From positions 1 to 27,519 of the forward strand of contig JAZDIF010000074.1 in the NCBI GenBank assembly GCA_043805205.1: 27,519 bases of DNA, in the 5' to 3' direction. Within the stretch, counting starts at the first letter, position 1, and each line of letters begins with the position of its first letter. This DNA comes from Candidatus Micrarchaeota archaeon (GTDB lineage: Archaea; Micrarchaeota; Micrarchaeia; Norongarragalinales; Norongarragalinaceae). Below, in pieces: positions 8,705 through 18,024 of the stretch. The position numbers were made by a program, and so were the translations under genes. Below the pieces are notes generated by a model that was not told the origin of the DNA, did no database searches, and saw only the letters and a program-made list of their open reading frames with translations.

Positions 8705-10591
8705 TTGTTTGACGTGGAGCCGATGGTCAAGACGCGCGTTTTGTGCGCGAACAACGACTTGGATTCCGTAGTGGAAGCTTTGTACGAATTCGGCGCCATC
8801 CACGTCACCCGCTCTAAAGCTTTTTCCCCCGGCCAACCGCTTTCCAAGCTGGAGAGGATTTCCAGAATGCTCGTCAAACTCAGGGCGGTGGAAAGCACTC
8901 TCGGGCTGGCGGGCAAAGCCCTTCCTATCTTCCTATCTCGCGGGCACTCGCCGTTTCTCGACGAGCTGGAGAAAGAATTCAACTCCCTGCCTGTCGGGCA
9001 GGTGGACTCCATAGCAAAAGAAAAGCAGTCTGTTGAAGCGGAGTTGAACGAACTCAAGTCCCGCAGGAAGGAACTGGCCGTTTTCAAGAGCCTGGACGTG
9101 GATTTGAATAAATTGTCTTCAAAAACCTCTCTGTTGGAATTCGCGGTTTTCGAAATCACCGGAAGCAGGGATAGTGTGTTGGCGAAAGCGAGGGAGTACG
9201 GCGAAGCGATGGTATTGCAAGTTCCGGGGCAAAACGCCAGGCTGCTGGCGGCGTTGGAAAAACGCCATTCGGAAAAAGCGCGTTCCGCCTTGTCCCAGTT
9301 CGCGAGGGAATCAACCCTGCCTTTTGCCAAGGAAAGCTTCTCGCGCGAGCACGCGAGCGTGGAAAAAAGAATCTTTCAACTGACCGCACGGCTTTCTGAA
9401 TTGCAGAAACAAGCCGACTCTCTGGCTTCGGCCTACGGCTCGAAAATCGTTTTCCTCAGGAAAGCTTTGGAAGTCGAGTTCAAGAAAGCAGAGCTCCCGT
9501 CGAAATTCGGGCAGGCTTCAATGGCTAGTTCTGCAGAAGGCTGGGTTCCGGCAAAACGCTTTTCAAAACTGGAGTGGGTTTTGAAAGAACGGCTTGGCGA
9601 AAAAATCGTCGTAGAGAAAGTCGATTCGGGCGAAACGCCGCCGAGCAAGCTGAACAACGTTTTTGCTGTAAAACCATTCGAATTCATGGTGCAGTTTTTC
9701 TCGCTCCCGCGCTACAACGAGATAGACCCTACGTTCCTGACTGCGTTGACATTCCCGCTGTTTTTCGGGATGATTCTCGGCGACATCGGATACGGGATTT
9801 TGCTGCTGGCATTGGGCTTGTTCCTGGCTAGAAAATCGAAGGCTGGTTTTGTCTCCAGCTTGGGCGGAATGCTGGTTTTGAGCGCGTTCTCCACGATTAT
9901 TTTCGGGGTGGTTTACGCCGAGTTCTTCGGGCTGGAGGAAGTGTTCGGCTTTCACTTGACTCCCTTGCTATCGAGGATTCACGAGCACGGAATCGGACAA
10001 TTAATCGCCTTGTCGATTTTAGTGGGTTTTCTCCACATTGCATTGGGTTTGGTGCTGGGAATCTGGCAGGGAGTGAGGGAAAAGCACTACAACCATTCTT
10101 TCGCGAAGGCAGGGTGGATGCTTGTAGAAATAGGTTTCGTCGCGTTCATCGTCAACAACCTAGATGTCGTGTTAGTGGAGTTCCTCAAGCCTTTGAAGAT
10201 TCTTTCCCCTCCCTTGGACCTGGCGGTTTTCGCACTGGGAATCCTGGTTTTGGTGAAGACCGAAGGCGTGATACAGTTGTTCGAGATTCCTTCGCTGATA
10301 GGAAACGTAATGTCTTACTTGAGGTTGATGGCTCTCGGGCTTTCCGGAGTGGCGTTGGCAGGAATAATAAACACGATTCCCGTTGACTTGAATTCACTCT
10401 CGTCTTTCAACCCGCTGGCTTGGGTGGGAGTCATTCTGGCGTTAGTGTTCCTGGTGCTCGGGCACATTTTGGTTTGCGCTTTGGGATTGTTGGAAGCGGG
10501 TATACAGTCTTTAAGGTTGCATTACGTAGAGTTTTACTCCAAGTTTTACAAGGGCGGCGGGATTCCATTCACTCCCTTGAGGGAAGAATAG
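8705..10591 (+). CDS. atpI: A-type ATP synthase subunit I (a)
   Basis: Soluble N-terminal half, PRYNEIDPT, FFGMILGDIGYG, SYLRLMALGL (essential Arg) and LRLHYVEFYSKFY. Confidence 0.95.
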   Translation: MFDVEPMVKTRVLCANNDLDSVVEALYEFGAIHVTRSKAFSPGQPLSKLERISRMLVKLRAVESTLGLAGKALPIFLSRGHSPFLDELEKEFNSLPVGQVDSIAKEKQSVEAELNELKSRRKELAVFKSLDVDLNKLSSKTSLLEFAVFEITGSRDSVLAKAREYGEAMVLQVPGQNARLLAALEKRHSEKARSALSQFARESTLPFAKESFSREHASVEKRIFQLTARLSELQKQADSLASAYGSKIVFLRKALEVEFKKAELPSKFGQASMASSAEGWVPAKRFSKLEWVLKERLGEKIVVEKVDSGETPPSKLNNVFAVKPFEFMVQFFSLPRYNEIDPTFLTALTFPLFFGMILGDIGYGILLLALGLFLARKSKAGFVSSLGGMLVLSAFSTIIFGVVYAEFFGLEEVFGFHLTPLLSRIHEHGIGQLIALSILVGFLHIALGLVLGIWQGVREKHYNHSFAKAGWMLVEIGFVAFIVNNLDVVLVEFLKPLKILSPPLDLAVFALGILVLVKTEGVIQLFEIPSLIGNVMSYLRLMALGLSGVALAGIINTIPVDLNSLSSFNPLAWVGVILALVFLVLGHILVCALGLLEAGIQSLRLHYVEFYSKFYKGGGIPFTPLREE

Positions 10592-10621
10592 ACAAAATAT
10601 TTTTCGGAGGTGCGGGGAAAA

Positions 10622-10861
10622 ATGGTTGAATTGAGTTCCTTGTCGCCTGGCTTTATAGCCATTGGCGCGGGAATTGCGGTAGGACTCGGCGCGCTGGGAA
10701 CGGCGTGGGCGCAGTCTTCAATCGGAGCGGCCGGAATGGGCTTGATGGCGGAGAAGGACGGCAAGGAAGGGCAAGTGCTTTTGCTTTTGGCTTTGCCTGA
10801 AACCATCGTTATTCTCGGTTTCGTCATAGCGTTCTTCCTGCTCGGAAAAATCGGCGGTTGA
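10622..10861 (+). CDS. atpK: A-type ATP synthase subunit K (c, proteolipid), single hairpin
   Basis: Two TM helices with GxGxxxGxG, AQSSIGAAG and LPETIVILG. GGAGGTG RBS. Confidence 0.95.
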   Translation: MVELSSLSPGFIAIGAGIAVGLGALGTAWAQSSIGAAGMGLMAEKDGKEGQVLLLLALPETIVILGFVIAFFLLGKIGG

Positions 10862-10924
10862 AAAAAATCTTTTTTCGGCCGTCGGTGAGTTTCAGGCGGG
10901 AGTTTTGCAAGGGAAGCGGTAAGC

Positions 10925-11611
10925 ATGAGCTTGGAAAGGCTGAAGCAGGAAGTGTTGTCGCAAGCGGAAAGGCAGGCGAGAGCCGTACTGGAAGAAGCGC
11001 GCAAGGAAGAGGAAAAGGCTTTCGCGGAAGCGCGCGAGAAGGCGAAGAAAATCGTTTCAGACGAAGAGGCGCTGGGAACGGCGCAGGCGAAAGAACTTTC
11101 CTTGGAACTGAGGGCTTCGGCCTTGCTTCAGGCAAAGCGCTTGGAAAGCGAGGCGAAGGAAGAGGCGGTTCAAAGCGTCTTGCGTGAAGTGAAGAACGAA
11201 CTTGGGGAAATCGCCGGGCAAGAATCGCGTTACGAAAAAATTTTCGACTCCCTCGCCAGGCAGGCAATCCGCGCTTTGGGGGATTCCGATTTTGTTTTGA
11301 AAACCAACTCCCGCGACAGGAAGCTGGGAGCTAAGTATGGCAGGGTTGCCGAGACGATTGAAACGATCGGCGGCGTTATTGCGGCGAAAGCCGACGGAAG
11401 CATTCAAATCAACAATACTTTCGAAGCGCTGCTTGAAGAGAACGAGGAGAAAATAAAGCAAAGGGCTTTCGAGCAGTTGTTCAAGGAGTCGAAAGCGCGT
11501 TCTTTCCCTTCCGCAGCGGCGACAACGCCGGCGGTTAAAGATGAAAGGAACGCAGTAAAGAAAGCGATAAAGAAAAAAGCGATTGCAGCGAAAGCGAAGA
11601 AAAGGAAGTGA
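10925..11611 (+). CDS. atpE: A-type ATP synthase subunit E with a basic C-terminal extension
   Basis: MSLERLKQEVL coiled coil, IGGVIA and INNTFEALL motifs, and operon position. Confidence 0.9.
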   Translation: MSLERLKQEVLSQAERQARAVLEEARKEEEKAFAEAREKAKKIVSDEEALGTAQAKELSLELRASALLQAKRLESEAKEEAVQSVLREVKNELGEIAGQESRYEKIFDSLARQAIRALGDSDFVLKTNSRDRKLGAKYGRVAETIETIGGVIAAKADGSIQINNTFEALLEENEEKIKQRAFEQLFKESKARSFPSAAATTPAVKDERNAVKKAIKKKAIAAKAKKRK

Positions 11612-11621
11612 AATTGGGAAA

Positions 11622-12638
11622 ATGGACTTGCGTTATGCGTACGCGAACGCGCGCGTGAAGGGGATGAAAAGCAATTTGCTTGGCGAGAATGTGTTCCGCG
11701 AGCTTATGCAAGTGAAGACGATGGAGGAAATAACCGCCTTGCTCGAGCAAACGCCGTACAAGCAGGATTTGGTCGAGGCGTCGAAAAACCATACTGGAGT
11801 GCAGGTTATAGACGTCGCTTTGCACAACAACATGGCGAGGACCATTTCCACGGTCGCAAGAATCATGCCTTCGCACGGACGGGGGTTGTTCGCGCTGCTG
11901 AATGCAGAGTGGGACGCGCAGAATTTGAAGAGGGTGCTGTCGAAAAAAGCGTTCGGGAGGGAAACGACCGAGGCGGACTTGTTGGGCGTTTCACCGGCGA
12001 GAAAATCGTTTTACGCAAGGCTCTTGAAAACCAAGAGCCTGCAAGAAGCTTTGGAACTGGTCTCGGCAAAGTGGGGTTCGAAGAAATTCCGGATGAAAAT
12101 ACGGGGGCTGGCTTCGTCAAAGCAGGAAGAAGCTTTGAGAAATGCGATTGGGGAAATAGAAAAGGAAAGGGTGAGGCAGCTGCTGGTATTGTCGCAAACA
12201 GCCGGCGATCCTCTGGTGAAAAAAATCATTGAAGACAGGCTGGTTTTCGAGAACGTGATGGTTGTACTGAGGTTGAAGAAAGAGGGCGTGAAGAACGCCG
12301 GGAGTTTCGTGCTGTTCAAAAGCCCTCTGGTGAACAGGCTTCTTCAAACGGAAAGTTTTGAAGAGTGCTTGAAGGAAACGGCGAACGCATTTTCACTCCA
12401 GCCGGAAGTCGCTGAGAGGGCGAAGAGTTCCCTGTCGGTTTTGGAAATCGCTTTGGAAAGAAAAATCGTGGAAAGGGTTTTGCGGTGGACTAGGCTCAGC
12501 GTGCTTAGTTTTGCGACGGTAGTGGGTTTCGTGTTTTTGAAGGGCGTGGAAGTTTCCAACCTGCGGAAAATAGCGTTTGCAAACGCTTTTGACTTGAAGC
12601 AGGAGTTGGGAGAGTACATTTTCGCAATTAACGCGTGA
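11622..12638 (+). CDS. atpC: A-type ATP synthase subunit C
   Basis: YAYANARVKGMKSNLL N-terminus and KGVEVSNLRKI C-terminus, and operon position. ATG 11622 preferred. Confidence 0.9.
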   Translation: MDLRYAYANARVKGMKSNLLGENVFRELMQVKTMEEITALLEQTPYKQDLVEASKNHTGVQVIDVALHNNMARTISTVARIMPSHGRGLFALLNAEWDAQNLKRVLSKKAFGRETTEADLLGVSPARKSFYARLLKTKSLQEALELVSAKWGSKKFRMKIRGLASSKQEEALRNAIGEIEKERVRQLLVLSQTAGDPLVKKIIEDRLVFENVMVVLRLKKEGVKNAGSFVLFKSPLVNRLLQTESFEECLKETANAFSLQPEVAERAKSSLSVLEIALERKIVERVLRWTRLSVLSFATVVGFVFLKGVEVSNLRKIAFANAFDLKQELGEYIFAINA

Positions 12639-12645
12639 TTTGAAT

Positions 12646-12966
12646 ATGGAAATAGCTGCAATAGGTTTTCCGGAAACCATGCTGGGGTTCAAGCTGTCGG
12701 GCGTGAGGGTTACGGCCGACTGCACGAAGGAAAACGCCGACTCCAAGCTTGTCGGATTGATGGAGTCTGAAAGCGTAGGCTTGATTATCCTCGACCAGGA
12801 TTTGCTTTCCTTCCTTTCGCTGAAAACCAAGAAGAGGATAGAAGCAAGCACTAAGCCCGTCATAGTAACGATTCCCGGAAAGACGGGGGCCGTGGCGGGC
12901 GGGGAGAGCATCAGCATGATGGTGAAGAGAGCGATTGGCGTTGACTTGAGTTCTAAAGGAAAATGA
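12646..12966 (+). CDS. atpF: A-type ATP synthase subunit F
   Basis: IAAIG..ETMLGFKLSGV, PVIVTIP and MVKRAIGVD motifs. Confidence 0.92.
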   Translation: MEIAAIGFPETMLGFKLSGVRVTADCTKENADSKLVGLMESESVGLIILDQDLLSFLSLKTKKRIEASTKPVIVTIPGKTGAVAGGESISMMVKRAIGVDLSSKGK

Positions 12967-12982
12967 AAAACGGTGGTTTGAC

Positions 12983-14707
12983 ATGGGTGAATTGGCTAAA
13001 ATTTCGGGTCCTTTGATCATCGCGAGCGGAATGCGCGGACGCCAGATTAACGAAGTCGTGAAAGTGGGAAAGCAGGAGCTGATGGGCGAAATCATCGCTT
13101 TGAAAGGAGACACTGCAAGCATTCAAGTTTACGAAGACACTTCGGGTTTGAAGCCCGGCGACAAGGTTGAAGGAACCGGCGCTCCACTTGAGGTAGAATT
13201 GGGGCCTGGCTTGCTGGGCGGGATTTTCGACGGAACGCAACGCCCGCTCGTCGTGATAAGCAAGCAAACCGGCATTTTCATCACGCGCGGGGTTAACATA
13301 ACCGCGTTGGACAAAAACGTCAAGTGGGATTTTGCTCCAACCGTGAAAACCGGGGATTCAGTAAAGGCGGGGGACGTTATCGGGGAAGTGAAAGAAAAAA
13401 ACATTTTGCACAAGATAATGGTTCCAAAGGGAGTGGAAGGGAAGGTAGAGGAAATAAAGGAAGGAAAATTCAACGTGGAAGAAACCGTTGCAATAATTAA
13501 TGGAAAGAAAATAAGAATGCGCCAAAACTGGGCAGTAAGAGTGCCACGCCCGTTCAAAGTGAAAAAGCCTTTCGACGAGCCGCTCGTCACGGGGCAGAGG
13601 ATTCTCGACGTTTTCTTCCCAATTGCGAAAGGAGGCGCTGCGGCTATTCCCGGCGGTTTCGGAACTGGAAAAACCATTACGCAACAATCTCTCGCCAAAT
13701 TCTGCCACGCCGACATAATCGTCTATATCGGCTGCGGGGAACGCGGAAATGAAATGACTGAAGTTTTAACGCAATTCCCAAAGCTGGAAGACCCGAGAAC
13801 TGGAAAGCCGCTCATGGAAAGAACTGTATTGATAGCGAACACTTCAAACATGCCCGTCGCTGCGAGGGAAGCGAGCATTTACACCGGCATAACGATTGCG
13901 GAATACTTCCGCGACATGGGCTTTAACGTAGCGTTGATGGCCGATTCTACCTCGAGATGGGCGGAAGCTTTGAGGGAAATAGCAGGAAGGCTGGAGGAAA
14001 TGCCTGGAGAGGAAGGATATCCGGCTTACTTGTCGAGAAAATTGGCGGAGTTTTACGAACGCGCCGGTCGCATTGATTGCGTTTCTTCAAAACCGCGCGA
14101 GGGAAGCGTCAGCATCGTCGGTGCAGTATCGCCGCCGGGAGGAGATATTAGCGAGCCGGTTTCCCAAGGCACTCTAAGGATTACGAAAGCATTCTGGGCT
14201 TTGGACTCTTCGCTCGCGAGGAGAAGGCACTATCCAGCTATCAACTGGCTTAAATCCTATTCTTTGTACGAACCTTACTTGGAAGAGTGGTATTCCAAAA
14301 ACGTTTCTCCAGAGTTTTCCGTACTGAGAGGAAAGGCGATGGAACTGCTGCAAAAGGAAGCGGAACTGCAGAATATTGTGCAATTAATCGGGCCTGATGC
14401 TTTGCCCGAGAAGGAAAGGCTTGTGTTGGACGCGACGAAAATGATTCGCGAAGACTTCCTCCAGCAATTCGCTTTCGACTCCGTTGATGCGTCGAACACC
14501 CTGCAAAAACAGTTTTTGATGCTCAAGACGATTTTGTTTTACTACGACAAGGCTAGCGCGGCGTTGGCTGCGGAAGTGCCTTTCGACAAGATCGTTACGC
14601 TGAAAGAAAAGGAAAGCATAGCGCAGTTGAAGCGCGTGCCTGATGCTGAAGTGGAGAAAAAGTGTGGGGAGATAATGCGTTCTCTCGAAAGGAGTTTGGC
14701 TAAATAA
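12983..14707 (+). CDS. atpA: A-type ATP synthase catalytic subunit A (no intein)
   Basis: P-loop GGFGTGKT, GCGERGNEM, NTSNMPVAAREASIYTG, DSTSRWAEA and GEEGYPAYL. Confidence 0.98.
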   Translation: MGELAKISGPLIIASGMRGRQINEVVKVGKQELMGEIIALKGDTASIQVYEDTSGLKPGDKVEGTGAPLEVELGPGLLGGIFDGTQRPLVVISKQTGIFITRGVNITALDKNVKWDFAPTVKTGDSVKAGDVIGEVKEKNILHKIMVPKGVEGKVEEIKEGKFNVEETVAIINGKKIRMRQNWAVRVPRPFKVKKPFDEPLVTGQRILDVFFPIAKGGAAAIPGGFGTGKTITQQSLAKFCHADIIVYIGCGERGNEMTEVLTQFPKLEDPRTGKPLMERTVLIANTSNMPVAAREASIYTGITIAEYFRDMGFNVALMADSTSRWAEALREIAGRLEEMPGEEGYPAYLSRKLAEFYERAGRIDCVSSKPREGSVSIVGAVSPPGGDISEPVSQGTLRITKAFWALDSSLARRRHYPAINWLKSYSLYEPYLEEWYSKNVSPEFSVLRGKAMELLQKEAELQNIVQLIGPDALPEKERLVLDATKMIREDFLQQFAFDSVDASNTLQKQFLMLKTILFYYDKASAALAAEVPFDKIVTLKEKESIAQLKRVPDAEVEKKCGEIMRSLERSLAK

Positions 14708-14725
14708 CTTTTGGTGGTGTGAAAA

Positions 14726-16108
14726 ATGATCAAGGAATTCCAGACGGTTCGCGAGGTTTTCGGGCCCATCGTTTTCGTGGAAGGCGTGGAAGATGCTGCT
14801 TACAACGAGACTGTAGAAATCATTCTTCCCAACGGAGAGAGAAAGAAAGGGCAGGTTCTCGAATCGTCGAAAGGACTGGCTGCCGTGCAGGTTTTCGGCG
14901 TTACGAGCGGTTTGGACACTAAGTATACGCGCATTCGCTTTAGCGGAGAGACGCTGAGAATTCCGGTTAGCGGGGAAATGCTGGGCAGGGTTTTCGATGG
15001 GAGCGGAGAGCCCATCGACAACGGTCCGCCGATTTTGTCCAAGGAAAAAGTGGACATTACTGGAGCTGCTATTAACCCTTATTCACGCCAAGAGCCGTAT
15101 GATTTCATTCAAACGGGCATTTCCACGATTGACGCTTTGAATACTCTCGTCAGGGGGCAGAAGCTGCCTTTGTTTTCGACTGCCGGCTTGCCGCACAACG
15201 ACATTGCAGTGCAAATAGCAAGGCAAGCGACTGTTTTGGGAAAGGAAGAAGCGTTCGTAGTCGTATTCGCGGCAATGGGAATCACGAACGCGGAAGCGCA
15301 GTTCTTCATGCGCGATTTCGAGAAGACCGGCGCTCTCGAAAGGGCGGTTTTGTTCTTGAATCTGGCGAACGACCCGAGCATCGAGCGTATCATTACGCCG
15401 AGGCTTGCGCTTACGACTGCAGAGTACTTGGCTTTCGAGAAGGACATGCAAGTTCTCGTTATTTTGACGGACATGACCAACTACGCCGACGCGTTGCGCG
15501 AAATTAGCGCAGCAAGGCAGGAAGTTCCGGGAAGAAGGGGTTATCCTGGTTACCTGTACACGGATCTCGCCAGCATTTACGAGCGTGCGGGAACGGTGCA
15601 CGGGAAGAAGGGTACGATAACGCAAATTCCCATTCTCACCATGCCCGAGGAGGACATTACGCACCCGATTCCAGACTTGACGGGTTACATTACTGAGGGA
15701 CAAATTGTTTTGAGCAGGGACTTGTACAGGAAGAACATTTATCCCAACGTGGATGTTTTGCCTTCGCTCTCGAGGTTGATGAACCTTGGGATTGGCGAGG
15801 GGCACACGAGGGAAGATCATTCCGGCGTAAGCAATCAGCTTTACGCCGGCTACGCGGAAGGCAGGGACTTGAGGAACCTCGTGGCGGTCGTGGGCGAGGA
15901 AGCGTTGACTGAGCGTGACAAGAAGTTTCTTGCTTTCGCCGATGTGTTCGAAAAGCGTTTCGTGAGGCAAGGCCAGCACGAAAACCGCACTATCGAACAG
16001 TCTCTCGAACTGGGCTGGGAACTTTTGTCCGGAATTCCTGAAACCGAATTGAAGAGAGCCAAACCCGAGCATATTGAGAAGTACGGGAGGAAATACCGTA
16101 AGGGGTGA
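14726..16108 (+). CDS. atpB: A-type ATP synthase subunit B
   Basis: [35 protein letters not shown] and [15 protein letters not shown]. Confidence 0.98.
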   Translation: MIKEFQTVREVFGPIVFVEGVEDAAYNETVEIILPNGERKKGQVLESSKGLAAVQVFGVTSGLDTKYTRIRFSGETLRIPVSGEMLGRVFDGSGEPIDNGPPILSKEKVDITGAAINPYSRQEPYDFIQTGISTIDALNTLVRGQKLPLFSTAGLPHNDIAVQIARQATVLGKEEAFVVVFAAMGITNAEAQFFMRDFEKTGALERAVLFLNLANDPSIERIITPRLALTTAEYLAFEKDMQVLVILTDMTNYADALREISAARQEVPGRRGYPGYLYTDLASIYERAGTVHGKKGTITQIPILTMPEEDITHPIPDLTGYITEGQIVLSRDLYRKNIYPNVDVLPSLSRLMNLGIGEGHTREDHSGVSNQLYAGYAEGRDLRNLVAVVGEEALTERDKKFLAFADVFEKRFVRQGQHENRTIEQSLELGWELLSGIPETELKRAKPEHIEKYGRKYRKG

Positions 16109-16115
16109 GCGGAAG

Positions 16116-16400
16116 TTGGCAGAGCATTTGGTCAAGGGTTATCCTCAAGTTCGCCAAGGTCACATGGATTCAATCAAAAGCTTGGAGTTGGAAACCTTCA
16201 AGGGAAAACCAGGTTTCAGGGGAGCCCTCGTCACGACCGCACTAGAACACTTCAAAAAGTCTAGGGGTATGAATCCAAGTATTGGAGAAATTCAAGAGGT
16301 TGCTCGGCTCGTTGACGAGTGGGCTAGAAAAGCCAAGCCCGAAGAGCGTCATAGGGGAAAGATTATAGACTTGACGAAAATCGCTTGCACTTGGGTGTAG
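16116..16400 (+). CDS. Orphan 94-aa protein between atpB and atpD
   Basis: Fills the B-D gap. Probable TTG start at 16116, 7 nt after a GGGGTGA RBS overlapping the atpB stop; stop 4 nt before atpD. No family recognised. Confidence 0.6.
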   Translation: MAEHLVKGYPQVRQGHMDSIKSLELETFKGKPGFRGALVTTALEHFKKSRGMNPSIGEIQEVARLVDEWARKAKPEERHRGKIIDLTKIACTWV

Positions 16401-16404
16401 TTTT

Positions 16405-17055
16405 TTGAAGGAAGGAATAAAACCGACGAGAATGGAACTGCTGAATACAAAGCAAAAGCTAGCCTTGGCTCAAAAGGGCCACACGATTTTGAAGCAAAAG
16501 CGCGATGCTTTGGTCTTGGAGTTTTTCTCGATCATCCGCCAGGCGCAGGACTTGCGCACCCAATTGGACAAGCAGGTTTTGAAGGCGTACAAGAGCCTGG
16601 CTGTTGCGGAAGCGTTTCACGGGACGGTGTTTTTGCAAACTGCAGCTTTGGCTTCCCAACAGGCTCCTGAGATTGAAGTTTCAACCAAGAACATCATGGG
16701 CGTGAGAATTCCTGCTATTGAAGGGGTTTTCGTGCACAGGACTTTGCAGGAACGCGGTTACCCGATTGTAGGTTCTTCGGCGAAGTTCGACGAGGCGGTT
16801 TCCGATTTCGAGTTGGCGTTGGAGTACGTCATCAAACTGGCGGAAACTGAAGCCGCTCTCAAGCGGTTGCTGAAAGAGATAGAAAAGACGAACCGCCGAG
16901 TGAACGCTTTGGAATATAACATCCAGCCTGATTTGAAGCAGACTATCAAGGACGTGGGGCAGCACTTGAGCCAGTTGGAGAACGAGTTGTTCGTCGGGTT
17001 GAAAGTGACGAAAAGGCGTTTGGCGAGAAAGAGGGAAGCGGAAGAAAACGCTTGA
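16405..17055 (+). CDS. atpD: A-type ATP synthase subunit D
   Basis: KPTRMELL, GHTILKQKRDAL, NIMGVRIP and IEKTNRRVNALE. TTG start. Confidence 0.96.
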   Translation: MKEGIKPTRMELLNTKQKLALAQKGHTILKQKRDALVLEFFSIIRQAQDLRTQLDKQVLKAYKSLAVAEAFHGTVFLQTAALASQQAPEIEVSTKNIMGVRIPAIEGVFVHRTLQERGYPIVGSSAKFDEAVSDFELALEYVIKLAETEAALKRLLKEIEKTNRRVNALEYNIQPDLKQTIKDVGQHLSQLENELFVGLKVTKRRLARKREAEENA

Positions 17056-17058
17056 AAC

Positions 17059-17064
17059 TTTTTT
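17059..17064 (+). terminator. T6 tract, probable terminator of the ATP synthase operon
   Basis: TTTTTT 3 nt after the atpD stop, at the convergent junction with pyrF. Confidence 0.45.
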
Positions 17065-17914
17065 ATACGCCGAGCGCTTTGTTGATTTCGCCCTTCATCT
17101 TGCGGGTTGCTTCTCCTGCTTTTTCCGCGAAATCCTTTCCGCCGGAAGCGAAAATGATGCCCCTCGAAGAGTTTACCACTGCCCCCAGGCCGTTTTCGTT
17201 GAAAAAGTTTTTAATCGACTCGGAGTCCGCGCCTTGGGTGCCGTAACCGGGAACCAGGAAAAACTGTTTCTTCATTTCCCTTCGGAGTTTCCTCGCCTCT
17301 TCCGGAAACGTAGCGCCGACGACCGCGCCTATGCTTGAGTATCCTTTCTCACCCAACCCTTGTTCTTCCCACTCGACGATTTTCTTCGCAATCTCGCCGC
17401 TTACCGTGCTTCTCTCGCTTGTTTTCAAATCCTGGAATTCCTTTGAGGAAGGGTTGGAAGTTTTCACGAGAACGAAAATTCCTTTTCCCCTGCTGCATTG
17501 CTTGAAGAAAGGCGTTAGCGCATCGCTTCCCAACAGAGGATTCGCCGTAATGGCGTCCGCCTCCAAGTCTTCGAAAAAGGCTTTTGCGTAAGCTTCGGCG
17601 GTGTTGCCGATGTCGTTCGCTTTGCAATCGAGAATAGTCAAAAGCCCTTCGCTCTTGGCGCAATCAACGGTTTTTTTCAATGCCTTCCAGCCGTCGTCGC
17701 CCAAAGCCAAGTAGAACGCGAGGTTTGGCTTGACGATTGCGCAATCGTCTTTCACCGCTTCTATAATGTTCTTGTTGAAGTCGAAAACCGCTTCAGCCTT
17801 GTCCGCCCACCCGGCGTACTCCTTCGGGAGTTTGGAAAAGTCGGAATCCAACCCGACGCAAACGCGGGTGTTCTTGCGGGAGATTTCCTTGACGAGCTGG
17901 TCGGCGAAATTCAT
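17063..17914 (-). CDS. pyrF: Orotidine 5'-phosphate decarboxylase (long, type 2-like)
   Basis: VCVGLD, VKPNLAFY, LDCKANDIGNT (DxKxxDIxxT), LVKTSNP, GAVVGAT, FLVPGYGTQG and NSSRGI. ATG 17914 follows a GGTGG RBS; the ORF-track extension to 18160 overlaps hppA. Confidence 0.95.
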   Translation of the reverse strand: MNFADQLVKEISRKNTRVCVGLDSDFSKLPKEYAGWADKAEAVFDFNKNIIEAVKDDCAIVKPNLAFYLALGDDGWKALKKTVDCAKSEGLLTILDCKANDIGNTAEAYAKAFFEDLEADAITANPLLGSDALTPFFKQCSRGKGIFVLVKTSNPSSKEFQDLKTSERSTVSGEIAKKIVEWEEQGLGEKGYSSIGAVVGATFPEEARKLRREMKKQFFLVPGYGTQGADSESIKNFFNENGLGAVVNSSRGIIFASGGKDFAEKAGEATRKMKGEINKALGV

Positions 17915-17967
17915 TTTCTTTCCACCTTTTCGAGAGCGAGTATTAAGTTTTAAAATGGAGTTTGCGG

Positions 17968-17975
17968 TTATATAA
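17968..17975. promoter_or_regulatory. Palindromic TATA box (TTATATAA) between divergent pyrF and hppA
   Basis: Self-complementary TATA element in the 110-bp divergent gap, with a second palindromic TTTTAAAA at 17948-17955. Confidence 0.45.
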
Positions 17976-18024
17976 TCTTCCTTTTTAACTCGAACGAAAT
18001 CCGTTTCCTTTGGGGTGGTGTCAA

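Noticed and set aside
12983-14707. Intein in ATP synthase subunit A
   Set aside because: The protein is 574 aa and continuous through the usual insertion site after GKT, with no intein motifs.
15083-16135. 350-aa antisense ORF, and the many other alternative-frame ORFs in the track (e.g. 619-1215, 4012-4770, 8686-9330, 23564-24364)
   Set aside because: They overlap well-supported genes on the other strand or frame and show no recognisable motifs; they are shadow ORFs.
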